Origin: Eutreptiella sp. 'Long Island Sound 2002'
Lineage: Eukaryota; Protista; Euglenida
Reading direction: 5' to 3'
NCBI GenBank assembly: GCA_964036045.1
Contig: OZ038378.1
Coordinates: forward strand, 6,138,001-6,202,000
Length of the DNA: 64,000 nucleotides
Part shown: piece after piece, positions 24,998-36,900 of the stretch
Position numbering within the stretch: the stretch's first letter is position 1
Layout: every line of letters begins with the position of its first letter
Translations under genes and position numbers: made by a program
The notes under the pieces: generated by a model
The model's database searches: none
What the model was told of the DNA's origin: nothing
The model's input: the letters and a program-made list of their open reading frames with translations, nothing else

Positions 24998-25170
24998 GGC
25001 ATGACACCTGGTTATATTGCTGTCTGCAGCTGGTGGGGCCTATTGGCCTCTGGCCACTTACACTTGCCCTTTCCTTGAAGTCTTTCCCTCAACAGGGCGC
25101 CCCCCATCAGCGCTTTGGTGTCACAGTTTGGCGACCTTGTGATGACTCCTCTACCGGCTCACAGTTTAGG
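24998..25170 (-). mobile_element. Diverged relative of family A
   Basis: GGCATGACACCTGG...GCTGTCTGCAGCTGGTGGGGCCTATTGGCC aligns to the family A terminus; right boundary approximate. Confidence 0.55.
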
Positions 25171-26652
25171 GCGGGGGAGGGGAGAGGGGAAACTTCATAG
25201 GAAAACGCCAAAAGGCACAAATCCATTCTGTAGCACATCAAACCTGTTGTAAGCGAGAAAAGGGAAAAAAACAAGGAAAAGAAGGAAAAAAGACACATCA
25301 CAACTATTGGTTTGCCGGCTCGGATGGCACCCTTGTTTTGGAGGACGAGGGGCGCCGAGCCGACAACAGGCTGCCGGGTCACGCTGGTCTGGAATAGAAA
25401 CCTTTGCATCCCCACAGTCAGTGTCGTAGCCTCCTTCATGGGGCATGTGGCAGCTCGCATAAAACTCTAGATCATCGCAATGGGCACGGGTCAACAAAAA
25501 CCACCTCAAAAACCCCCAACCCGGAAACCAGCAATATTGCATACCAGTTCCCAAATTTGGGACAGCCAGTTCCCAGATTGGCCAATGTCAACCACCGGAC
25601 AGACCACCATATCTTGTTCCCAAATTGGGGATTTTTGTCCCCGACATCCCGGGAATCGAACCCTGGTTTTCAAAACGACCGGTCGGGAGAGGTTCGGGAG
25701 CCAGCCTGAGGCTTTCACCCATGCCACAGTCAACCCTGAGGAGTGGTGGAGGCCACAAATTGTGCCCGTGTACACAGCGTACTATACTGCCAGAATGCCA
25801 CCAACACAGCGCCTCCAGAGATGTAGAGGTTCTGAGATCGCCAAAAACCACTCAAGCTGCCTCCCTGGCGTCCATCGATTGCCCGCAGGCTGGCAGGCTT
25901 CACACACAATCGTTGCTGCTAACCATGAAGCTCGGTGGGTGCTGTCCACCACCTTTGATATTGGAGGCAAAACAAAGGGTCTCGCAAAACGTTGACCAAT
26001 TCAATTCCCGTGCATCATCACCTGTGTGTCTCCTCTTTATCCACGGTGGTGTAACGGTGCTGATGCCATTCTTGTGTGCACTCCCGCGTATGCCATGTCT
26101 TGAGTCACAGAAGAGAAACGAAGGGAAACCAAACCTGCGGTTCGGTGGTCCGAAGGAAATGGTCCTCTCCGACTGGGCCTCGCAGGTAGAAAGACAAGCG
26201 GCTTTCACCATCTTTGGCCCAAAAAGCGGGGTCCGTATGGGCTGCCGAAGCTTGTGAGAACTCAGCACATGGCAGCTGTGAATTCCAGAGACTCTGAGAG
26301 CACAGGGGAGCCCAGGGTGAGCTGGAGCTGGAGGAAATTGTGGGCAGCATTCAGTCCGCATCATACATCACAGTCTGGGTCTGCACCTCTGTCTCCCAGC
26401 AAGATCCAACACTAAGTAGAACATTTTTGCGATTTTAGGCGTGGCAATAGTGTCACCCGAAGACCCAGAAGCATGCGATGAACCCTTCGCCAGCACGACT
26501 CAACACGTCTGGAGTCGGGTCCCCATGAGGCCCATTCAACCAGAGGAATAATCTAACCCCCAAAGACCAAAGCGCCCTCCTGATACCCAACGCTTCATAA
26601 GAACTCTGGGGACTGCTACACTGTTGGATACTACACTCCGATTCGGGGCGCA

Positions 26653-28032
26653 TTGCCACTGCTGCCTGCGAAGGGCAAAATGACCCAAAGTCGGACAGTC
26701 GCAAAAATTGTTGATGACGATCCGAAAAGCGGTTGGGGGCAGCGACAGGGGGTAGTGGAGGGACTGGATGCGGTTGGGGGTAAATCCGAAAGTGACAGGG
26801 GGGCCACTGGTCCGCATGGGGGAGAGATCAAGGCCCTTGAAGCATTACATTGGACCCAATATTTGAGGCAGGAAATGGACCTGGCGGCGTGCAGGGGCCT
26901 TGAACTGGTCGCGGCTCACTGTCCCAGGCTCCAGGCTTTCGAAGCTGTGGGCCACCTCTGAGCCGCAGTCGGAAAAGTGGCCAGGCGTGAACGCGCCCTC
27001 GCTGTCTTGAGAGTCCCACGTCAGACTGCTGGAGAGCTCTGAGGCAGACAGGGGCAGCACATGGGTGCGCGGTGGCGCAGCATCATGCAGCGCCTTGCGC
27101 AGGCCCGGCTCCACTTCCTCAGTACCAGTGAAGCGCCGGCGCTGCATCTCTTTTGGAGCAGGTGGTCTTGCGGGTTCTTCCTGCTCTGCGGCAAAACAGG
27201 GAAAAGTGGCAGGAGAGACTGTGCAAATGCAGGGCGGCCGGGCAAAGAGGAGGGGGAACGGATGGGAGAGGGAGCGAGGGAACAAGGATGCAGAGGAGTT
27301 AGGGCGAGGGAGGGCGGGATGCAGGGCATCAAATGAGGCAGACAAAAGGGAAACAGGGAAGAAACTATGCCACCAAAAACGGTCCGCATTCGGCCCCAAA
27401 TGGTGGAGCAAAACTCCAGCAACGGGGTCCAACAAGGAGCCTGTGCTTTGTGTCGAAATCGCTTGGGTTGTCCCTCAACTCTCAAAGGGACCCAACATGG
27501 CCCGCGGAATGGCCCTCGTTGGTGCAGCACTGGTACATGTTCTGTTGTCCTCAGATTGCGCACAGGGGGGCCGGACGCCGATGCTACCACCAACAGAAAG
27601 CAGATCTGCCAAAACCCTGGCATACCAGGCCGATAAGACACAGCAACATCACTGTCATTGACAACTCCTGTCACAGGGGCCGAGGTAGGAACCGCACCGA
27701 TTGAAATCCGTGCTCGCACCATCCGTTACCTGCCCTCTGGCGGCCCACAACAGCAGGACGTTGGGTACCGGCAGCAATGCACACCTGGTTCACCGGGCGC
27801 ACCCCTGGTACCCTCGGGCACTGAAAGACGACTCTGCGCTGGGGTCCAGCATGCTGGGCTGCTCTCCCCACGGAGCGGAGGGGCACGGGTTGTGGGGTCT
27901 GCGATGGTCTGGGTGTCTTCCCACGCATGCTTGTTGCGTGCAATGACGTTGTTAATGGCACGCCGTGTCCCTGCCAAAGACGACCAATGGCGAAATATTG
28001 GAGAGGAGGAGGAGGGAGACTGGAGGGACTGA
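26653..28032 (+). pseudogene. Decayed ORF, possibly transposon gag-like
   Basis: 26653-26961 and 27061-27336 are in one frame with two intervening stops; followed by frameshifted pieces with CALC (27367-27636) and 27658-28032. Confidence 0.3.
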
Positions 28033-28151
28033 GGCTGTGGCCCAGTGACATCCCGCGAGTGCGCCGTGAACCGTTCCCTCCTCCGGACTTTGTGCGGCAA
28101 CGGAGCAGATTGTGGAGCAAGCCATGGTGCAGTCACAGTACAGGGGGGGGG

Positions 28152-28842
28152 TTTGGCATGACGCCATGGTGCACAGGGGGGGTTTTGGCATGACGCCATG
28201 GTGTGATGATCTCGTCTGCAGCTGGCGGCGCCTACTGGCCGATCGCCATTCGCTGCCCTTCCCTTGGACCCTTTCCCTCCATAGGCGGTGGTGCCCATCA
28301 GCTTCTCACCACCCTTTGACCTTCCTCTTCCTCCTTGCCCTAACCTTCCCTCTCCCCTCCCCTTTCCCTTCCCTTGGCCTTTCCCTCTGTAGGCCACCGT
28401 GCCCATCGGCCTCACCACACTCCTTCCCTTCCCTTTCCCTTGGTCGGTTGTGCCAACGGAGCCCCCGGACTTGCCCTGTTTCACTTCTCTGCGTCGAGTC
28501 CACGCAGAGGAAGGCAAATGCCTTCGCCGTTGGCCAGGTGCGTCCAAGCGGCCATCCCAAGCCGGCGGTGAGGTACCTCTCCCCAACGGCGGCTGGTGGG
28601 CCCTGGGATGGCCACTTGCGGGGTCGTTTCCCCGACGGGGGCACATAACAACCTTTCTCCTCCAAGATCCCGCGCTCAGTCCATCCTTTGGCGAGCGCAA
28701 CACAAACCCCCTACCCTCTCCTTCATGCCTTTGCTGCGCGGACGGGGGTTGTGGGGGATGCGTGGGTGCACGGGGTAGTAGGATGTAGCGGGTGACGTGG
28801 GGTGGGCCTCTTACCGTCGCTGGCCGCCCACTTCGTTGCGCG
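28152..28842 (-). mobile_element. Family A micro-insertion plus one ~660-bp unit at the same target
   Basis: GGCATGACGCC at 28155 and 28187; TGCACAGGGGGGG at 28170-28182 and 28844-28856; ACAGGGGGGG also at 28140-28149. Confidence 0.88.
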
Positions 28843-28849
28843 TTGCACA

Positions 28850-30520
28850 GGGGGGGGAGGGGTTTCGTGTGGGGACTATTTCGCAGCAGTAAATTTCGCA
28901 GCGGGAAACTTTGCGGAGGTCGCTGAAAAAGGCGTGGGAAATTTCGCGGATCATCTCCAGTGTACCGCTGTGCATGGCTTGGTGGACCCAAAAACTCATG
29001 GTTTATTTTGCCAATTGCCAAACAGGAGTTGAGCCGCCTCAGGCGCCACTCACTATGCAGCGGAGACCCATCTGCCACACCCTGCCAGTGATAAGGGCCT
29101 AGTTTGCTCAGGCCCTCACAGGCGCCTAAGTTTTGACAGTGGAATTTGACTTACCCCTGGTAAGAGCAACCGCAACTCTCTGCACAGGAGCTCCTGGGCC
29201 GTGCTCTTTTCTCTTTGTTGGCTGCAATTTTTGTGTGGCCTCTTTTCAACTGACATGAATAAATGAACGTTCATTTCAAGGAACATGAAAGGAAGGGAAG
29301 TAGAGAGGGAAAGATAGGGCGAGAAGGAAGAGGAAGGACACAGGGTGGTGAGAGGCCGATGGGCACCACCGGCTATGGAGGGAAAGGGTTCAAGGGAAGG
29401 GCAGCGAATGGCGATCGGCCAATAGGCACCACCACGAGAACAACACGATAAATACAGGCTTAGGGGTTGGTTTGCCAGCATCTGAGTGACAGGGTCACCC
29501 CTCGCAGGGGACCTGTAGAGGTCTTGGGGGGGATGGACAAAAAGGTGGGGGGGTACAAATGCACGGCATGATAGAGCCTTGCCACACAGAAGTGCCAAAA
29601 GCACCAAAGAGCAAATTGTGGCCCCTACAACAAGTGTGGGAAGTTTTTGCGGAGGCCCCCAGGATTTGTGTGGGGGGGTCGAAGGGGAGGGGGGGTTGTG
29701 CGGGAGGGGGGCCGTTTGAGCCCCTTTCCCAGACCTGCCACCCCCCCGTGTGACATTCCGTCTGGTTGTTGCTCCTTTACGGGGCCCTGGACGGTCACCC
29801 GTTCTTCCCTTCGCTTGTTGCGTCGGGTCGCTACTTTCTGTCGGCCGCTGCGGCCGGTGCTCTTGCTGGTGTTGTTTCCGCGTTCGCTGAGCCCAGTAGT
29901 TGGCGTGTTGGGACTGTGCTGAATGTGGCATGGTGTGCCGTTTGCGTGTCAGCGGCGCCCAATAGGTGGCATATTGAGGATGTGCTGGTTGTTGCCGGGG
30001 TCGTTTGACTGTTTTTGCTGTCCACACACCTCTGTCCACAGGCCGTCCATAGCCTGCCTCGCTGTGTTTCTGTGCGGCCCAGGTGCCCTGTTCCTCCACG
30101 CCTTCCGCTGCTTGACGTATAAGCCTTGAAGGCGGGGGGGTTTTGGCATGACGCCATGGTGTGATGATCTCGTCTGCAGCTGGCGGCGCCTACTGGCCGA
30201 AGGCGGGGGGGGGGGGGGGTGGCATGTTCCGTTGGACCCTTTCCCTCAATAGGCGGTGGTGCCCTTCAGCCTCTCACCACCATGCGTCCTTCCTTTCTCC
30301 TTGCCAAATCTTTCCCTCTCTACTGCCCTTTCCTTTCCCTTGGTCAGTTGCCAACGGAGTCCCCGGACTTTCCCTGTTTCACTGCTCTGCAACAGCCCTC
30401 GCCGTTGGCCAGGTGCGTCCCAGCGGTCATCCCAAACCGAACAACAAGAGGGGGGGGTTTTGGCATGACGCCATGGTGTGATGATCTCGTCTGCAGTGCA
30501 AGAGGGGGGGGGGGGGTTCT
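28850..30520. repeat. Nested cluster of several interspersed repeats, including family A copies
   Basis: AATTTCGCRG motif repeats (28875-28950); inverted diverged family A piece (~29340-29430); copies at 30141-30198 (TSD GAAGGCGGGGGGG 30128-30140/30199-30211) and 30458-30496 (TSD CAAGAGGGGGGGG 30445-30457/30499-30511). Confidence 0.75.
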
Positions 30521-30769
30521 GCAACAGCCTAACAAATTGTTTTCTTCACAACTATGCCTCCTGTGCGGGGGCTGACAGGGTGAGAGGCTGTGCAAAAGAC
30601 CGACAATCCTGGCGTGGACCAGCATGGGGTGTCGGGGGTGGTGGGACTTGGGAAAAGAGATGTCATGCTTTGGAGGGTGCCACTTCGTAACCTTCGCGTT
30701 GTCTTGCAGACATAAAAGAATAACACGTGACCCGCGTCTCTCACCTGTTGCAATCCGGTTCGCCAACGG

Positions 30770-31153
30770 ATGGACTTGACTCTGGCCGCCAAACTGGAAG
30801 TTGCGCAGTACGGTATTGTATCGGATGGCGCTCAGCAGAGCCTCTCCGCCCTCACGTCCAATTTCATTGTCGGTCTGCAGACATTAGCACACATTCATCG
30901 CAGGGGATTGCATTTCCCGCTTGTTTACGGTGCTTTGAATACCGCAAACGACGATTCGAGCAAAAGAGTGATCAACATCAGACTGAAGGAAGACGTCCCA
31001 CTGGGTCCAGAATGGCTACGGGCTCTCGGTTCCGCCCCCTTCCAAGCTCAGGGGCCTAAAAAACCGCTACAGAATCCCTCCGAGATCTCCGCCATATTCA
31101 TCTGCACGCGTGGATCTCGTCCAAGGACGGACGCGCTGAACAACGCTGCCTGA
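30770..31153 (+). CDS. Hypothetical intronless 127-aa protein
   Basis: ATG-to-TGA ORF with globular-looking composition; pyrimidine tract + CAG at 30690-30709 could be a (trans-)splice acceptor. No family recognised. Confidence 0.3.
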   Translation: MDLTLAAKLEVAQYGIVSDGAQQSLSALTSNFIVGLQTLAHIHRRGLHFPLVYGALNTANDDSSKRVINIRLKEDVPLGPEWLRALGSAPFQAQGPKKPLQNPSEISAIFICTRGSRPRTDALNNAA

Positions 31154-31880
31154 GGGCTCACTAGAAGGCAGTTACTGTAACCCGAGAGAGGCTCTTCTGG
31201 TCACAGTGCCCGCCCTTACTGCAGTCTCTGCAGCCGCTTGTTGGCAATCCCAACAACTCACATACGATTCACACCGGCCTCGTCCAGTTTTCACGCTTGC
31301 CACTTGCCCTACCTGATCTGGGAGTGGTGTTCCGGACCTGCTGCACGGGGTTTTCCGCCTCCTCCCTCCCCGCTGGTGCACAACAGGGATGGGCATAACA
31401 GGGGAACCCCCTCCAGATCCCCCACCCCCAATGACAACTGCGATTACAATTACAATGACCATACCGCTCCCTTGTTGGTGCACCAGCCCTCCCTAAAGCA
31501 AAAGGCATGCCAACCGAATCTGAGCTTGACCAGTCAACCACAGTGCCGCTGCAGGGGCTTTCCATCATTTCGTCATCTAGCTGCAGCCTGCCCCCATCCC
31601 TACCCAATGATTACATCAATCTCAAATCCCTGGTACGTAGTGCTCATGAACCACACTTTGTTGGTGCAGTCTGTCAGCACCTAAACTTTTGGGTTCCAGG
31701 CCCCTTCCCTTCCACCAGGTTCCAGATCTGCTTCCCCCCGCACGTCAAAGCGACATGAATGTACTTCTACCCCTGAACAGTCATCCGGCGGTGTCGAATA
31801 GCACTCCAAGAACCCCTCACATTCGCAGCACTGCTGCCTGCAGATTCCTGTGCCTTGCGATGGCCTTGCTGCAATCTGTT

Positions 31881-33560
31881 TCAGCGCACGGATCCCCATT
31901 CTTCTCTATTCCCGATTGGGTGACCATCAACCATCCTTGCTGCATTTTGTGCCTTCAGCGAAGCTAAAACGTCATCCAGTGATTCACACTGTCTCACTCT
32001 GAACAGCATCTCAGTATCGGACACAGAGGAACCCGATTCTTCAGACAGGTGTCGGGAAATATCCGATGGCGGCTGGTTGTTACCAGACGACGCTGATCCT
32101 TTGTTTAGAGGCCATCTATCAATCTGCAGACTGCTGCACACTCGCACATTCCCCGGCATTGACATGCTTCTATCACGCAGCTCTACCTTCCTGCTGCGCT
32201 TTTGGCGTATCAACCAATTTGCCACACACGTTCCATGCCATTACAAAAATCCTCCGCTCTGGTTGGGCAGCATACCAAGCACAAGCGCGTGAGAGTGGTG
32301 GACTTGCGGATGACCTTAGCCCACGCTTGAGCACCTTGATTCCGAGAGTAATTGGATCCGCAATCCAAATGACTGTAACAGCAGCAGGCACACAGTGGGA
32401 CAGCAACACAGCAGGACACACACAGCAAGTCCCAAATAACCCGGAGGCCAAAAGGGTGTGCGAGTCATAGAAGCATGGCCACAGGGGCCAGGCGTTACCC
32501 GGTCTGCTTTGGAGCAATGTTGACTGTGGAAAATCGACATCCTCAAAACCTAATCAGACCGGTTGAAATCATAAAAAAGGAAGAGATGATCCAAAGCACA
32601 AGCCAACACGAGGCAGGTGTGCGAGCCTTTCAGTAAAAATTCGTTGGAGAGGACGGCTGCGGATTTCGAGTCCAATTTCCAAACATCACCTTCCTCAAGG
32701 GCTCCCGTGGCCGAAGCACAAAACAGACCCAAAAGGCAGGGTCAGAAAAGAAGCACCGCACCCCAACACAAATACTTCAAAACCATCCCAGCGGCGACCA
32801 TTTTGAGGCATGTATCTGGAGCAAAACAATTAGTGGAATAGAAAATTCAACGACTTTCACTTCAGCCAGTTTGCTGCCCACTGTCAATCTAGAATGAGCC
32901 TCAATCGCCTTCCGTACTGCCCTTTTTTGAGGCTCGGTCACAGGTGTCCCTCCAGCCCGTCACGCCCGCCACCCCTGCTCCATTTTTGAGGGCGCGGACG
33001 CACACACTCCCGTGCACGCGCGACCGAAGAAATGCTTTGCATATTTATGGGGTGTCAATCCCTCCTGCTCGGTGAGCACGTGTGCCTGCGGCGGCCGATC
33101 GATTCTGCCTGAATACGCAGCATGCAAGCGTGCGCACAACAGAGCTGTAGCGCAACATTGCCACACTTGCCACACTGGAATACGGCAATTGTGGAGAACG
33201 TGTGGCGCTATGCAGCATTAAAAAAGCATTGCCCAAAGCATACCTCCATCGATGCACTCGTGACGCATCAACCTTTATGCCAACACGCAATCCAGCACAC
33301 CAAATATCACAGGGAAGCACGCAGCAAAGCATACCGCAGGGTGGTGTTCACCATCAACGCTTGGGTTAACCCCAGCACTCCTGTGTAAAAGTGCAAAACG
33401 TGCACGGAATGCTTCAAAACTCCCGAACGAGAAAGCAAAACCTGACACCAGCAAAAAAATGCAGGTGGGCAGGGAACCTAGCCAAAACATGATGATTGAA
33501 TCCTGTCGTATGGCTGGATGCAAAAATTCCAACGCCGTCGCCAGATGCTGCCGATGCACG
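31881..33560 (-). CDS. Possible 3' exons of the LRR gene (unresolved)
   Basis: Coding-like minus-strand segments (HLATALEF ~33540; QKRAVRKAIEAHSRLTVGSKLAE ~32860-32950; ...SDTEMLFRVRQCESLDDVLASLK...* ending 31881); I could not fix the splice phases. Confidence 0.35.
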
Positions 33561-33911
33561 ATTCATTACAGTGAGAGGACGGCATGGCTCTTCTGGGCCA
33601 GGGTCTTGTTGTAGAAAGGGCAAGAATCATCTGCCAAAGACCCTCCACACCGCCTACCATCCAGTGGACTTGAACCGAAACCTGGCTCAGCAAAATGAAT
33701 GAATGAAATAATGACTTCACCTCAGCATTTCCATGTGATGTTGTTCTTTTGCTACACGAAGAGTGAAGAGGTTTTTGTGTCGCTGTGTTCTGAGCTTTCA
33801 GACCACTCAGCAACAAATCCTCCCACAACATATAGAATTGACATCCAATAGCACGAAACCCTGCTGTTCTCATACTCCTCGAAACTGCCTTCCTCCCTCG
33901 AGTTGCTACAC

Positions 33912-36900
33912 CTTGCAAATTCATGTTGTTGAGGTGAACATCGAGGCTCATAAGCGCAGTGTTCTGCTTCAAAACGTTGGACAGAGTAATGATCCCTGCA
34001 GAAACACCGCATCGATGAACGTAAGGAGCTCCATACTTACTGCTTGGGGCATCAAATCCAATGATTGGAAAACAATCCCAGGGATCAGGGGCAAAAACGG
34101 GTATCCATGCAAATCCACCTGACCAACGCAACCCAAGAACCCCCCCCCCCCCGGGGGGGGTCTTTCCAGACTGTCAGTTTGCTCCACTGAGGCCCACCCG
34201 TGTGACCACCAATTGATTGATGGCCCATTGTTGTTCTTGCATGATGGGCCTGGGCAAAATTGCGAAAAAAAATGCCATCATCCGGTAGGTTGAATGAAAA
34301 GTGGGTCATTCTCTGCAAATATTGTGCCCTTGTCCTCTACAGTCAACATGCAGTCATATTTTTTGCTCATTCCCCTTGAAAATGCAGTACCGGAATTTCA
34401 GAATCCGAAGGCAACCGAGGCGAAAAATTATATCAGGTTTTTTCACGTTTCTTGCGTTCCAATTCGGCACCCCACCGCTGGAATGAATTATGACCGCAAA
34501 CACTATATTTGGACGGTAATCCCCCTGTCACAGAAACGGATTGGCAGCAGCATTTGATAACACCCAGATGCACGTGAGTGTGGATGAATTGGTGTCACAA
34601 TATCACATGATGTGGCACACCCAACTTGTTTATTGCGAAAGCAAGGGCAGCACTTTTACAATGGACATGCCAACCCTGAGAGAACGGCCCCTCCGGCTCT
34701 TCTTTTTGGGGTCAAGTTTCGCCGAGACGCATGATCTTCCCTTAATCTAGTACCTCTCCCACATCACCATTTTTTACCGATCGGAGAATGAGGGTAACAC
34801 GGACACTGACAAGCAGCAAGTGCATGTACCTGAGTTGCCGAGGCGGTTGTTCCCAAGGTCAATACCCGTCAACACAGTGTTGCAAGCCAAGGCGCGAGCA
34901 ATTGCGGAGGTCCCACGCTTGTCAATACCATTGCCACTGATTCCGACTGTCGTGATACATTGATTGTCTGCATACAAAATGGCGGACCAGATGCCAGCAG
35001 CCCATTATTGTGTGCATCATGGGGCAATTTACCGGCGACACTGCAACCAATGCTACGTTCCATCAGCGCAACCTACACGTCATCATACTGCATGTACCCC
35101 ATGGAACTTGAAGTCAGACATAATCGAGAACCGCATGGTAGGCGCATAGTAATAGAGGATGACCCATTAGGATTGCTGCGCGGTGAGCTCAGCCCCCCCC
35201 CCCCTCTTCCTGGTCCCCTCGGCTGATCTGCACTAAGCAGCGGAAGAAATTTCTTGCTTCGAATTCGCTGCAAGTAAGAGACAAAATGCGAAGCAATGGG
35301 CTGTTCAATGGGGCAAGGGGTTTGGGCATGTCGCCATTCCCCATGGGGCGAGGGGGATGGCACCAGTCTGAGTTGTGAAATAGAACTCTGCCTGTGACCC
35401 CCTTCCATGCAAGCTGTTGCAATGCACTTCAGCAACGTGCGGAGCATACTCAGCAGCAATGTTGCCACGGCCTCTGCACCTTCGTCCGACAACTGATTGT
35501 CGTTGAAATTGATGGCGTGGACAGTACTGTTAAGAAAACACAGCCCCATGCTCTCCACATCCCGTGTGCACATCCCCCGCCACACCCACGTACCCGCAAC
35601 CCTGTGCCCTGTACCAGGCGTGTGCAGGGTTACCACTGCAGTGTTACCACATTAGTGAGGGTGCCAATCGGCACCTGCTGAGGATTAATTGTCTGTGCGA
35701 ACGGAATGAACCACGAAACCTGTTTAGAGTTGGCCTAGAGATCAAGACCAACGATGTGAGAGAATGCGAGACTGGAATGTGCTCCAAGGTGCTAGCCGAA
35801 TGAATTGGGCTTGGTGCTCACAACAAACTCACCCGGGGGCGTCCGGGCGGCATTTATGATCCTGTAATTCATTGGATGGGTCATGTGTCTTTTTCCAGAG
35901 ATGGCCAGTGGCATTGTCCTCCCTCTCTCGCCATCTGTGGTGTGGATGTTTGGCAAGGTGGTTTGAAGTGATTGGGCAGGAGCTCATTGGGTGACTGGTT
36001 GTGCCAATGCTGCATCCTTGTCATCATGCCATTCTGGCTACCACTCTGCTTATTTTGCTGCTTGTACCAAAAAAAATTTGCGGGGTATCGTTTCACGAAT
36101 CTGCAACGACTGACCCTGTTCCATGGGTTGGCCCTTGGGTGCCGGAGACAAACCGTCAACAGCCCCGTGCCGATGACCCCTGACAGCTCTTTACGCCCGC
36201 TGGACATACTCGTTGTTATGTAGCGCATTGCACAGAATAGCAGCACCACGTGGGCCAACGTTGTTTGCTTGCACTTCGAGAACCTGCAGTGCAGACACGA
36301 TCGCACGCAATGTATTGTGCACCGTCCAATTCGTGCATGTCCTCGGATCCTTTCAATCCGGGCATACCCGCATCGTCTTGTTGTGTGTCATGGCGTAGGC
36401 AAGGTACTCAGCCCCTTCATCGCTGATCTGATTTCCCTTCAGCTGGACTTCACTCAAGCAGCAATCAACTTGGCACAGCAAGTCAACCAGCGCTTTGATC
36501 CCCAGTGATCCAATGCCGTTGTCACGAATGCCCAAAGAAGTCAACGTCGAATTGGTTCGTAGGGCACGTACTGCAAAGGAGGTGTTGGAAGATGCCTTGC
36601 CAAATGCACACTTACCACTGTTCAGATCGCCATGCTCAGCAGCCCTGTGGGGTGCGCGCTGTCAAAATGCACCCTTATCGCCTGCACGTGGCGCCCATGT
36701 GCCATCCCCCTAGCTTGGATTGAGCCTGCAGGCAATCACCACAGCACTTCAAGCCTGAAGCACATCCACGGTGGCATGGTAACGAGTTGGTTTTGCCAAG
36801 AAAGGTTGCACACGCTGACGTCCCTTACGCATCGCCATCTGCACGCAGGATGACATACCAATTGCAATCAACCCATGATCACCAATGTTGTTACCGCCCA

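Noticed and set aside
25640-25720. tRNA-like GGTTCGATTCCC (B-box/T-loop) on the minus strand; similar GGTTCGATTC near 58155
   Set aside because: The T-stem is imperfect and I could not build an acceptor stem, D-arm or A-box; at most a tRNA-derived fragment.
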